Of a stretch of DNA of 64,000 nt, positions 40,915-51,100 are shown in pieces. How positions within the stretch are numbered: the first letter of the stretch is position 1; the number at the start of each line of letters is the position of its first letter. A program made the position numbers and the translations under genes. The DNA lies in assembly GCA_021810525.1 (NCBI GenBank), contig JAJZIP010000002.1, positions 2,122 to 66,121 of the forward strand, written 5' to 3'. The notes under the pieces were generated by a model. That model ran no database searches. It was not told the origin of the DNA and saw only the letters and a list, made by a program, of their open reading frames with translations. This stretch comes from Actinomycetes bacterium (GTDB lineage Bacteria > Actinomycetota > Acidimicrobiia > Acidimicrobiales > Acidimicrobiaceae).

Positions 40915-41571
40915 CTAATTTCTCCGTAGACCTGTAATCCGCAAAGCTGTCCTGGTTTTGTACCTAATATTGAGGTTAATCAGAACCGCGGTCATAGCTT
41001 CGATCGCGCCCGAATTTGCCAGGGAGCCACAATCCAGAGAGAAAAGACCAGGCACCGAGTCCAGTAGCGCCATCACCTGCTTCTTCGACTCCGCGTGGTC
41101 GGAGCAGACCAGAATGTCAGACTCTACAGAAATCCCTATGTCTCCCAGTTCTTTTGCCGGTACGTGGTGCAGAGCCGACACGACGAAACAGCTCGGCAAA
41201 GCTGCCTGGATCGACTGCGCAACTGAGCCTCTCGCAGGAAAGACCGGCTGCATCTCCGATCCGACCTTCATGAGTGCGTTCACCATGGACACAACAGTCT
41301 TGCCTGAAAGCTCTTTCGTCAGTGCCCCAACGGTGCTCTGCGCGCCATCCCACGGAGTCGCTATGAATACCAGCTCTCCCTTTGCCGCATCAGCGTTGAC
41401 TACTCCGCCTATGGTGCCGGTTTGCCCTGGGAGTCTCCTGAGGCTTTCCGCCACGCCCGAAGCCTTCTCAAGCGTCCTTGATCCAAGCAAAATCTCATGC
41501 CCGAGGGAGGAAAGGCGAAGCGCCAATGAACGACCTGCTGCTCCGGTTCCGCCGACAATTCCAATCCGCAA
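40915..41571 (-). CDS. npdG: NADPH-dependent F420 reductase (NpdG-like)
   Basis: LRIGIVGGTGAAGRSLALRLSSLGHEILLGSR Rossmann N-terminus. I chose TTG 41571 (AGGAAAGGG 5 nt upstream, product 218 aa). The ORF-track start at 41673 would leave only 23 bp before the divergent fabI. Confidence 0.72.
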   Translation of the reverse strand: MRIGIVGGTGAAGRSLALRLSSLGHEILLGSRTLEKASGVAESLRRLPGQTGTIGGVVNADAAKGELVFIATPWDGAQSTVGALTKELSGKTVVSMVNALMKVGSEMQPVFPARGSVAQSIQAALPSCFVVSALHHVPAKELGDIGISVESDILVCSDHAESKKQVMALLDSVPGLFSLDCGSLANSGAIEAMTAVLINLNIRYKTRTALRITGLRRN

Positions 41572-41696
41572 ACTAGCCCTTTCCTGAATCGCCAATTTCG
41601 AAGATTGCCAAGATGGCGCTCTTCCATGTCTATTATGTGACAGATCCATTTTTGTGCGGTTATCGTCAATCAAGGCTAAAAGATCGTGGAGGAACT

Positions 41697-42470
41697 ATGG
41701 GCATACTTAATGACAAAAAAATCCTAATTACTGGAGTTCTAAATGACCAGTCCCTCGCCTTCGGAGCCGCAAGACTCGCCCAAATTGAAGGAGCAGAGAT
41801 AATATTGACCGGGGTGGGCCGGGGACTCTCCATTACCCGACGAACCTCACGAAAACTACCAGTTGCACCGGAAGTGTTGGAACTTGACGTCTCAAATCAG
41901 CAGCACCTTGACGATCTAGTAAAGCACATCGAGTCAAAGTGGGGAAAGCTCGACGGCGTGTTGCACGCAATCGGCTTCGCACCGTCAGCGTGCATTGAGG
42001 GCGATATATTCAACGCCTCCTGGAATGATGTCTCCGTTGCGCTTCAGATCTCCGCCTACTCCTTGAAGTTCATAGTAGAGGGGCTATTACCGCTCCTCAA
42101 GGCTGCCGGTACCTCCTCTGTTGTTGGTCTTGATTTCGATGCCACCCTTGCCTGGCCTGGATATAACTGGATGGGCGTTGCGAAGGCTGCGCTTGAGTCG
42201 CTGTCTCGCTACCTCGCGAGAGATGCTGGCAAGGACGGAATCAGGGTCAACTTGGTTTCCGCAGGACCCGTAAGGACGATCGCCGCAAAATCAGTAAGCG
42301 GGTTTGCCGAATTTGATGCGGTCTGGAACGAGCGTGCACCGCTTGGATGGAACGTCATAGATTCAGAGCCAGTGGCCCGAGCAATCGTCGCTTTCCTCTC
42401 CGATTGGTTCCCGGCTACCACCGGAGAGATCGTCCACGTCGACGGTGGCTACCACGCCGTCGGTGCTTGA
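41697..42470 (+). CDS. fabI: enoyl-[acyl-carrier-protein] reductase (NADH), FabI/InhA type
   Basis: MGILNDKKILITGVLNDQSLAFGAARLA..., SVVGLDFD, and the Y/K catalytic region. GGAGG lies 4 nt upstream of ATG 41697, so the ORF-track start at 41613 was rejected. Confidence 0.9.
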   Translation: MGILNDKKILITGVLNDQSLAFGAARLAQIEGAEIILTGVGRGLSITRRTSRKLPVAPEVLELDVSNQQHLDDLVKHIESKWGKLDGVLHAIGFAPSACIEGDIFNASWNDVSVALQISAYSLKFIVEGLLPLLKAAGTSSVVGLDFDATLAWPGYNWMGVAKAALESLSRYLARDAGKDGIRVNLVSAGPVRTIAAKSVSGFAEFDAVWNERAPLGWNVIDSEPVARAIVAFLSDWFPATTGEIVHVDGGYHAVGA

Positions 42471-42577
42471 GAGTGAAGGCTAAATCACCGTTGACACGGA
42501 CGGCAGAAAGGAATAGAAAGTAATTGAACTTCCCCCAAAACGACTGACGCCATTCGTGGCTCTCTTATCGGGGAAAT

Positions 42578-43471
42578 ATGAAGACGGTCAATTTTCGAAG
42601 AAAGCTGCTGCTTTCAAGTTCAACTCTGCTGCTGTCTATAATACTGCCTGCCAAGTCATCGACTCCCGCCTTTGCGGACTCCTCGATTACAGGTACAGGT
42701 GGAACCATTACTGTCCACTCCTCAGGATCATCCAACTCGGTAGTTCCAGGAGGGATCATCACCTCCTCCACTACCACATATACCTATTACAACGGTTGGC
42801 CAATTCAGCAAACCGTTCCGATCTACTCCGTATATGCACCTCTGGTAGTCTCGGGCAATTCGAGCTATACGAACGAGCCCTGCCTGATTATGACAACCAC
42901 CTCGCAGACAACCAGCTATTCAGAGGCTTATCAACTCGAAGCAGCGGCCACGCAGACCTGGAACTCTCTCAATGGCCTCTACCCGTCATGCGCTCCGGCT
43001 GTTTCGATCTCTTCCAACTCGCAAAACACACCTAGCCCGGCACAGATTGTCACAACGTATTGGAACACAACCATAAAGAACCAGCTTCCGATTCCTCGCT
43101 TCTCGATCCCGCCTGGATACGCACTGACGGGACTCCCTGCCTACCTCGTCTCAACGTGCGAACTCGCTGAAACCTTCGCCGACAGCACGCCAATCGGAGC
43201 TGCTACGGTAAATGCCACGGGAGAACTCTGGGTTAAGTGGAACAGCAGTGAAAACTGGTCTGGCCCGTACAACTCTTGTGGACTGCCTTGGCCAAACGGT
43301 ACAATCTCTCACGTCTACGAGAAAGAAGGGTCGTCAAAGGTCTCCTTGAAAGAGACATGGAGCGCTTCGTGGAAGCTCGGGGGAGCCTCGGGAACACTGG
43401 GCGGATTGATCACCTCGCCATCCCCTATCACCCTTCCAGTCCATTCAATAACCAGCGAGATATATAGCTGA
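42578..43471 (+). CDS. Ser/Thr-rich secreted protein of unknown function
   Basis: Signal peptide MKTVNFRRKLLLSSSTLLLSIILPAKSSTPAFA|DSS. Low-complexity S/T region with 6 Cys. C-terminal block LTGLPAYLV...GELWVKW...GPYNSCGLPWPNGTISHVYEKEG...TWSASWKLGG. Confidence 0.65.
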   Translation: MKTVNFRRKLLLSSSTLLLSIILPAKSSTPAFADSSITGTGGTITVHSSGSSNSVVPGGIITSSTTTYTYYNGWPIQQTVPIYSVYAPLVVSGNSSYTNEPCLIMTTTSQTTSYSEAYQLEAAATQTWNSLNGLYPSCAPAVSISSNSQNTPSPAQIVTTYWNTTIKNQLPIPRFSIPPGYALTGLPAYLVSTCELAETFADSTPIGAATVNATGELWVKWNSSENWSGPYNSCGLPWPNGTISHVYEKEGSSKVSLKETWSASWKLGGASGTLGGLITSPSPITLPVHSITSEIYS

Positions 43472-43511
43472 TCTCAACAGCTCCCCGTCGATCATGGCGT
43501 TCGCACAGCCG

Positions 43512-43544
43512 GGAATGGCCTGAGGCCGCCAATCAGGCCATTCC
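43512..43544. terminator. strong stem-loop between convergent genes (possible factor-independent terminator without U-tract)
   Basis: Perfect 12-bp inverted repeat GGAATGGCCTGA / TCAGGCCATTCC with a 9-nt loop, 41 nt after the stop of the 42578-43471 gene. There is no T-run on either side. Confidence 0.4.
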
Positions 43545-43791
43545 GCAAATTCACCAAACCGCGGAGATCCACTAACGCAGTGAGACTCCCAAGAAATCTA
43601 CGACCTGGCAATCGTTTGCCGTGGCTTTCTCAGTTTTCTCATCTGTTACTGGGTTGTTAACTTTGTCTGCCCGGATAGCGAGCTTGACTTTCTGCCTTGT
43701 GAGAGGAATCCGACCTCACTAGGTGCTTCAAAGGCAATCAGCGACTGAAATCTCAGCACCTGCGAAGTTCGTGCCGGAAGAGCACAAGCTA

Positions 43792-44526
43792 TCAGGGGAT
43801 GAAAATCCTGATCCAGAAATTAATGATAGGAGTAAACAGGTCTCCGATGACCTGCGGGAAAAGCAGAAAAAGCACGATGAGTATCGGAAGCATCAGCATC
43901 CGCAACCGAAAGTAACCTGGCAAGGCCCCCGCGGGAAGAATCCGCTCTATTATCGCCGATCCATCTAGCGGCGGGATGGGTATCAGGTTGAACATTCCCA
44001 GAAGAAGGTTAATGGCACCGGCATAGAAAAGCACCCCGTCCCAGAGCGTGAGAGCCACATTCGTCTCAGCCCCCGGAGCGAGGTTGAGACTCACACCAGT
44101 ATGGAGGAGCTTGAAATTCAGCAAAATGCCAGCAATTGCCGACAAGGTCAGATTGACCAGAGGTCCAGCGAGGGAGACGAGGACGGATTGGTTTCTCGGT
44201 GAGTGGAGCTTGGACACGTCCACAGGCACCGGCTTGGCATACCCTATAGGGGTCAATCCTGCGAATATCAGGAGAGCCGGGAGCAGGATCGAGCCAATCG
44301 GGTCGATGTGCGCAAGTGGATTCAGCGTGAGGCGGCCAGCCCTCTTAGCTGTGTCATCGCCGCAAATAAGAGCGACATAGCCGTGAGACACTTCATGAAG
44401 AATAACCGAGGGGACCAGGACCAACAGAAGCACCACCGATTCTGTGCTGATGACACCGGTCAGATCTGCGGCAAGAAACAATCCCACGATGACAGCTATG
44501 AAACCAAGATCTTTCCTCGTCATCAT
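43792..44526 (-). CDS. site-2 protease family (peptidase M50) membrane metalloprotease
   Basis: HEVSHGYVA (HExxH in a TM helix), LNPLAHIDPIGS, NLIPIPPLDG. Confidence 0.85.
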   Translation of the reverse strand: MMTRKDLGFIAVIVGLFLAADLTGVISTESVVLLLVLVPSVILHEVSHGYVALICGDDTAKRAGRLTLNPLAHIDPIGSILLPALLIFAGLTPIGYAKPVPVDVSKLHSPRNQSVLVSLAGPLVNLTLSAIAGILLNFKLLHTGVSLNLAPGAETNVALTLWDGVLFYAGAINLLLGMFNLIPIPPLDGSAIIERILPAGALPGYFRLRMLMLPILIVLFLLFPQVIGDLFTPIINFWIRIFIP

Positions 44527-44893
44527 CTACGGTCCAAGGCCCGCTTGGATCCTTCGGGCCAAAAAGCCGACGAGCAGCACGCGCGCCCAGTGGACATATG
44601 CATTCCTCTCGCCACTGACTCCACCCATTTTCCTAGGTCCTCTCCCAGCATAAGCAGTGCCGAAGGAGCTTCGCATCCAACCTAGCGACAACACCAACCT
44701 GAGATATAGCGCTCTGTGGTGGTGCTCAGCACCGAATTTGCGGTCGCAGGACACCGAGGGACACCGCACACAGTTGTGAACAACCTTCCAGTGAGGTCGT
44801 CATCATGATCATGGCTCGTCTCCAGTTCGGAACTTGTGGTCGCCGACTCAACCCAAGATAGGCTTCGCCTTGCTCTTTGGCTCCGCGACAAAT

Positions 44894-45766
44894 TCAGGCG
44901 CTGGCTAACGCAGGCAAAACTCTCTCAGCCATGAGTTCAAGCGGACCCATGGAACCCAAGCCGACCACGGTCCCGTGCGCAAGCTCGATTCCTATATCGG
45001 CGAGGTTATGGAGATGGTCTATGATCTCATTGACCCGCTCCCCTTTTTCCCCAAGATCGAACCTGGTCTGAACTGTCTTTTCGATGGCGGAGTAGTCCGT
45101 ACCCTCCCTTTCGCAGTGCTCCCTGAGCACATCAAGCTTGTGCGCCAGATCAGGCCGGTCAAAGAGGTTACAGGCGTCGCCATAACGCGCAACCAGCCGC
45201 AGCGTCTTACGTTCTCCAGAACCGCCAATCAGGATGCGCGGGTGCGGACGAGTGAGGGGCTGGGGAGAGTTGAGAGTAGAAGCCAGTCGGTAATACTTGC
45301 CTTCGTATGGGCCATCGTCGTCACTCCACATCTGTAGACAGACCTGCAGCGCCTCCTCCAAGCGCTCAAAACGCTCCCGAAGAGGAGGAAACAATAGTCC
45401 AAGTCCGACTGCCTCTTCTTCGTACCATGCTGCACCAATGCCGAGCATTGCACGGCCATTCGAGACAACATCTAGAGTCGATACCGCCTTTGCGAGCAAT
45501 CCGGGCTCGCGGTAGACGACCGCGGTCACCACAGCTAGAAGCTTCACGCGCTCGGTGCAGCCCGCTAGGTACCCCAAAGTCGTGTAAGATTCAAGCATCT
45601 CCTGTTCTTTGCCACCGATATGTGCAATCTGCCAGAGGTGGTCCATGACGCTCAGCCGATCAAAGCCCGCGTCTTCTGAGGCGTGTGCAATCTCTTTAAG
45701 CCGGCGTCCAAGACTTTCTGGACCGCCGGGCCAGGTGAAGTTAGGAATGTGAAGTCCAAATTTCAT
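44894..45766 (-). CDS. LLM-class F420-dependent oxidoreductase
   Basis: MKFGLHIPNFTWPGGPESLGRRLKEIAHASEDAGFDRLSVMDHLWQ is the typical luciferase-like F420 subfamily N-terminus. GAGGAGGG lies upstream of the ATG. Confidence 0.82.
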   Translation of the reverse strand: MKFGLHIPNFTWPGGPESLGRRLKEIAHASEDAGFDRLSVMDHLWQIAHIGGKEQEMLESYTTLGYLAGCTERVKLLAVVTAVVYREPGLLAKAVSTLDVVSNGRAMLGIGAAWYEEEAVGLGLLFPPLRERFERLEEALQVCLQMWSDDDGPYEGKYYRLASTLNSPQPLTRPHPRILIGGSGERKTLRLVARYGDACNLFDRPDLAHKLDVLREHCEREGTDYSAIEKTVQTRFDLGEKGERVNEIIDHLHNLADIGIELAHGTVVGLGSMGPLELMAERVLPALASA

Positions 45767-46228
45767 CAGCCCTCCTCGAAGACAGGTAAGATTTCCGGCT
45801 CACGCCAGCGCAGACGTACCAGCTTCAGGTTGTACACCCAGGCCGGTGCCTCGCTAGCCACAGCAATCAAAGTAGGCGCAGTCCGAGCAGCCATTCCAGC
45901 CGCGCCGCACCACGCACCTCTTAGCGTATCCAAGTTGCAACTGCAACTGGCCTAGATCAGCTTAGATCAGACTCGACGCGCCGAAAGGGCGGGCATGAAA
46001 GCCCCTTTTCACCCTGGGATTTCTTTTTACGCAGTCAACAGATGATTCGAGATCATTCTTCAGCTGGTTCAGATCGTTCCACACATGGAAGATGATCGGG
46101 ACGCCGAAGAGACCGCCGTCACCCAAGATGCAATATGCCTAGCAGGTCCATTCATTCAAACGCTTTCGGTAACCATTGGACAAGGCATTTCTGCGGGAGA
46201 CATCTGGTGCGGGCAGACTTTGAACCCG

Positions 46229-48121
46229 TTACACAAATAGAGCGTCTCGCAACTGCGATCTCCCGATGAGTTCAAGCAATGCTGCGCTAGTAATCATCTG
46301 GCTTCCCATATTCTTTGCAATCTTGCCGGCAAGACCGATCGGAACCTGCGAATCCTCTATGTCGATTATGCAGCTTGGCAGATCCTCCGAGTTGAAACGC
46401 CGAGCTGCCTCTAAAGCCTCCTGGAACGCAAATTCACCTCCCGTGGCCCTGCCATCTGTGATAAGGATGCAAAACGGGTGCTCACCCTTCTCTCTACACT
46501 CTTGGGATTGCATCCTCAGTAGGTCAATTCCTTTGGCAAGAGGTGTGATCCCCCCGGTGAGCAAGGCAGAAAGTTTTGCGCGTATCATCTCGACGGACCT
46601 GGTTGGCTTTTGCAGCACTCTCGCGGTTCCATCGGCGATGACAATTACGCCGACTCTGTCCCTGGTCTGATAGGCGTCGAGCAAGAGGGACTCGATTACC
46701 GCCGAAGCTAGCTCAGTTCTCGAATTCATTCCGATTGAACCCGAGAGATCTAAACCAACAAGGATTGTCCGACCCTGCTTGGCAACCTTTTCAGAAATCA
46801 CGATATCTTGAGTTGCCACAAAAGAGCCAACTGTCGATTCAATGTTGCTACTTCGGCGGACAACCGCTGAGGTGAGAGTTCCTACGACGTCTAGAGAAAA
46901 GCCGCGCTGATCGACAGCCCCTTCAATGCCCCTTCGATAGCCAGTCGGAGTAGCACCCTTAGGTCCGCCCCCGATTCTTTCCGAATATATCCTTTTTACA
47001 GCACCTTGCACCACCGAACCCATGATTTGCGCGCTGCCATGCCCAAAAGTCAGACTCGAGCCCGAAGGCTCACTAGGTCCCCTTGGACCTCGCGTTACCT
47101 CTGGGGGCAGGTCCCCGTCATCATTTCTCGATCCTTCCGACTTTGACTGAGGAACGTCATCACCCTCCTCGTAGCTCGCTCTCTTTATCTTGTGAATAAG
47201 TTCCGTGACCGTCCGCGATTCGTACCCGACATCTTGAAGCGGGTCTTTGCGTGCTCGATGAGATAGAACTAGGGGTGCTACTACGCCAATATCTTCAACC
47301 TCAACCTCTGTACGTCCCTCTATAGCTGCGCGAGCTGCCGCAGCTCTCGCCATCGTTAGATCAGCCCTCAATCCCTGTGCGCCGTAGCTGATGCACAGCT
47401 TAGTGATGACCCTGAACAGCTCCTTTGAGAGGTGCGCGCTGAGCCCGAGATAATGGGACGCACTAACGGCCCTGGCTTGGCTCAATCGGGATTTGAGTTC
47501 ATCTTTCTCATTGTCGAATGAGGCACAAAAGGAGTCAGGATCACTGTCAAACTCCAACCTTCTGTACAGGGCAAGGCTCCTGTCCTCTGGATCAAGTATC
47601 CCGTCGCTCTGGACTGACAGGCCAAACCTGTCAAGTAGCTGAGGCCTCAGTTCACCCTCTTCGGGATTCATTGACCCGATCAGCACGAACTTTGCCGGAA
47701 ATACTGCAGAGACCCCGTCTCGTTCAATCCGGTTCACGCCTGATGCTGCGGCATCAAGCAAGAGATCGACAATATGATCAGCTAGCAAATTTACTTCGTC
47801 CACATACAGGACGCCTCCGTTGGCCTCAGCCAAGAGGCCCCCCGTCGAAGCGACGGTGCCATCTGCAACCATCTGGGCGAGATCAACAGATCCCTTGACC
47901 CGGTCTTCCGTGGCTCCAGCCGGAACTTCTATGAAAGGAGCGCCAGCGGGTAAAAGCTCCGACAAAGCACGGGCTAAAGTTGATTTTCCCGACCCCTTGT
48001 CACCACGGATAAGCACTCCGCCGATTCTCGGGTCGATGGCATTCAAAAGCAGCGACATCTTGAGCTGCTCCTGTCCAACTACAGCCACAAAGGGAAACTC
48101 TCTCACCTTGTCTCCTCCCAA
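46229..48121 (-). CDS. ChlI/ChlD-type AAA+ plus vWA chelatase subunit (putative cobaltochelatase partner of CobN)
   Basis: [32 protein letters not shown] (AAA+), and a C-terminal vWA with MIDAS DLSGS. An alternative GTG at 48106 overlaps the cobN stop as GTGA. Confidence 0.85.
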   Translation of the reverse strand: MGGDKVREFPFVAVVGQEQLKMSLLLNAIDPRIGGVLIRGDKGSGKSTLARALSELLPAGAPFIEVPAGATEDRVKGSVDLAQMVADGTVASTGGLLAEANGGVLYVDEVNLLADHIVDLLLDAAASGVNRIERDGVSAVFPAKFVLIGSMNPEEGELRPQLLDRFGLSVQSDGILDPEDRSLALYRRLEFDSDPDSFCASFDNEKDELKSRLSQARAVSASHYLGLSAHLSKELFRVITKLCISYGAQGLRADLTMARAAAARAAIEGRTEVEVEDIGVVAPLVLSHRARKDPLQDVGYESRTVTELIHKIKRASYEEGDDVPQSKSEGSRNDDGDLPPEVTRGPRGPSEPSGSSLTFGHGSAQIMGSVVQGAVKRIYSERIGGGPKGATPTGYRRGIEGAVDQRGFSLDVVGTLTSAVVRRSSNIESTVGSFVATQDIVISEKVAKQGRTILVGLDLSGSIGMNSRTELASAVIESLLLDAYQTRDRVGVIVIADGTARVLQKPTRSVEMIRAKLSALLTGGITPLAKGIDLLRMQSQECREKGEHPFCILITDGRATGGEFAFQEALEAARRFNSEDLPSCIIDIEDSQVPIGLAGKIAKNMGSQMITSAALLELIGRSQLRDALFV

Positions 48122-51100
48122 CCTTCCGCTTCGAGCATCGCCGACCTAATCGCATCCAACGACTCCTCAGTGGCGTTCCAGAGCCCTCGCTGCGAAGCTT
48201 CCAGAAGTCTCTCAGCTATGGACGTAAGAGCGGAGGGATTGGATTGTTCAAAGAACTTTCTCACCGATGCGTCAGCCACGTATGACTGGGTTACCCGCTC
48301 ATACATCCAGTCCTCAACGATATTAGCAGTTGCGTCGTAGCCAAAGAGGTAGTCAACCGTAGCGGCCATCTCGAAAGCACCTTTATAGCCATGGTGCTTC
48401 ATCGCCTCTATCCACTTGGGATTGATAACCCGCGATCGCACTACCTTGGCAGCCTCCTCCGCCAGCGACTTCACCTTCGGCCTACCGGGGTCGGCGGAGT
48501 CACCGAAGTAAGACTTGGGCTCGCTGCCCGAGAGATGTCTTACCGCAGCTATCATTCCACCGTGATCCTGCATATAATCATCGGAATCGAAAATGTCGTG
48601 CTCCCGATTGTCCTGATTCTTGGAAGCCACCTGGATCCCCTTGAACCGTTTGGTCATTGCCTCCGGATCGAACTTGCCGAAACCACCCGAGCCATAGCTA
48701 TAGCCAGACCAAGTCAGATACACCTTTGCAAGATCTTCGCTGGATCTCCAGTTCCTAGCCTCTATCAAAGGCAGAATGCCGGAGCCATATGACCCCGGCT
48801 TCGGACCGAAGATCTTAGGCAAATCGATATCCTTTGCCAAGGGATTATCCACCTCTGGACTTTTGGCCGCCATCAAAAAAGCGTCCGAGAGAAATGAAAT
48901 GACATGCGGAAATGCGTCGCGAAAGAAGCCTGAAATTCGCAGAGTAACGTCCACCCTTGGCCTTCCCAACTCCTCCCGGGATATGAGTTCGGAGCCACTC
49001 ACCCTTCCAGTCTGGGCGTCCCAAACCGGGCGGACTCCCACAAGAGCGAGCGCTTGGGAAATGTCGTCCCCCGCTGTTCTCATCGCGGCGGTTCCCCAGA
49101 CCACGATTCCTACCGACAGGGGAAATGAGCCTTCCTCTGACAGGTACCGATCGATCACTGCGTCCGCCAGCTTTTGGCCAACCGCCCATGACTGCAGCGA
49201 AGGTAGCGCCTTGGGATCGATGGAGTAAAAATTTCGGCCCGTCGGCAGAACCTGCGACATCCCCCGCGACGGGGCACCCGCAGGTCCCGAAGCAATGTAT
49301 CTCCCTTCGAGAGCCTCCAAAACTGCCACTATCTCTCTGGGAGTTGCGCGCAGCCGGGGAACTAGATCGTTACAGATCATCTGAGCGCTTTCGTGATACG
49401 ACTCCGGCAGTTGCCCCAGATTATCCGACCGAAAGCCCGAGTCTTGTAGGAGCCTGATCACACTCTTCACTTCTGCCTCGACCCGGTCTATCTCTTGCGT
49501 CCGTCCAGCCTTTAGATCAACGTCGAGCTTTGCCGCCGCAAGCTGGCGAAGCGAAGGTTGTGCTTCGGATCCAATTCTGGTTAGGGCCGAAATCATGTCA
49601 ACTTCGGCCTGGCCTTCGAGGATGCTACCCAATATATGGAGGCCGCCTCTGATCTGGGCATCCTTTATCTCGCAAAGGTATCCGTCTATCTCGCCCACCA
49701 AACTATCAAACTCGGCATCTTCGAAATCGGGGCTCTCGTCGAGCTTCAATTCTCTGGTGATATGAGCATCCACTAGTACCTGCCAGATCTCCTCTCGTAG
49801 AGCAGGCAACTTAGATGGATCCATCCCCAGATAACGGGCGTGCGCATCAAGCAGCGATTCGAGCTTTGAAAGTTCGTCGTAGGTGTCCGCCCTCGTGAGC
49901 GGTGGAACCATGTGGTCGATTATCACTGCGTGGGCACGCCTCTTCGCCTGAGTACCTTCACCAGGATCGTTGACCACGAAAGGATAGATCATCGGAATTG
50001 CGCCCAAAGCCTGATCCGGGTAGCAGTTGTTCGAGAGTCCCAAACCCTTTCCAGGAAGCCATTCCAGGGTGCCATGCTTTCCAACATGAATGATGGCATC
50101 GGCGTTGTATTTTATGTCAAGCATCCGATAAAAGGCCATGTAGTGATGGGTTGGAGCCAAATCAGGCGAGTGATATATGGCGATTGGATTCTCGCCAAAT
50201 CCCCGTGGGGGCTGAATGGCGATGAAGACATTGCCCAAGATCATCCCCGGGAAAAGAAATTCTGATCCATGTAGATACACAGAGCCCGGGGGTTCTCCCC
50301 AGGCGGCGGTGAGACCCCTTTTGACATCTTCACCAAAGTTCGCGAACTCCGTCATATACTCTTGGGCCGACAGCCTCAGCTTTGCCTTTTGCGCCTGGCT
50401 GATGCTGAGCGTCGGCACATCGTAATTGAAGGTATCCACCAGCTCCGCCATTAGCGCGTCGCCGCTTTGGGGGATACGTTCGATTCCGTAACCGGCATCC
50501 CGAAGAGCATGAAGCAGCGCAATGACAGAGGCTGGGGTATCAAGTCCGACCGCATTTCCCAGCCGAGACCTTTTTGTGGGATAGGCGGAGATCACAATTG
50601 CAACTTTCTTTTCCTTGTTATCTTTGTGACGAAGGCTTGCTAGCCTTGCCACGATTCCGCCAACCCTTGCTGTTCGCTCCCGATCGGCTCTATAGGCCGT
50701 TACATCGCTACCGAAACCGCTATCTGAGTCGACTACCTCCTTGAACGAGAATGGAACAGTGATGATCCTGCCGTCGAACTCCGGAATGGCGACCTGCATT
50801 GTGACATCCAGTGGAACTAAACCAGAACTTCTCGATTCCCAGGTTTGCCTGTCGCTCGAAGAGACAATCGCCTGAACGATTGGTACACCAAGCTCCACCA
50901 TCTCAGATACATCCCAGGACTGGCCATCCGAATCCATCGAACCAGCAGCAAGGACAGTGGTGATTATGACATCGGGTGAAATCTCTTTGACCAGCCTATA
51001 TATCGGGGAGTGTTCGCCGAATCCGGCACGAAGTGAGTAGCAATAGATGGGATACACACTTAGGCCATGAGCTGCAATCTCTTTCGCCAGCAACTCGACG

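Noticed and set aside
44682-44891. 69-aa TTG-initiated ORF (MSRSQRARRSLSWVES...) downstream of the LLM gene, plus the full 80-aa ORF 44527-44769
   Set aside because: No SD, odd composition, and no motif. I kept only the internal SD-preceded 33-aa version as a low-confidence candidate.
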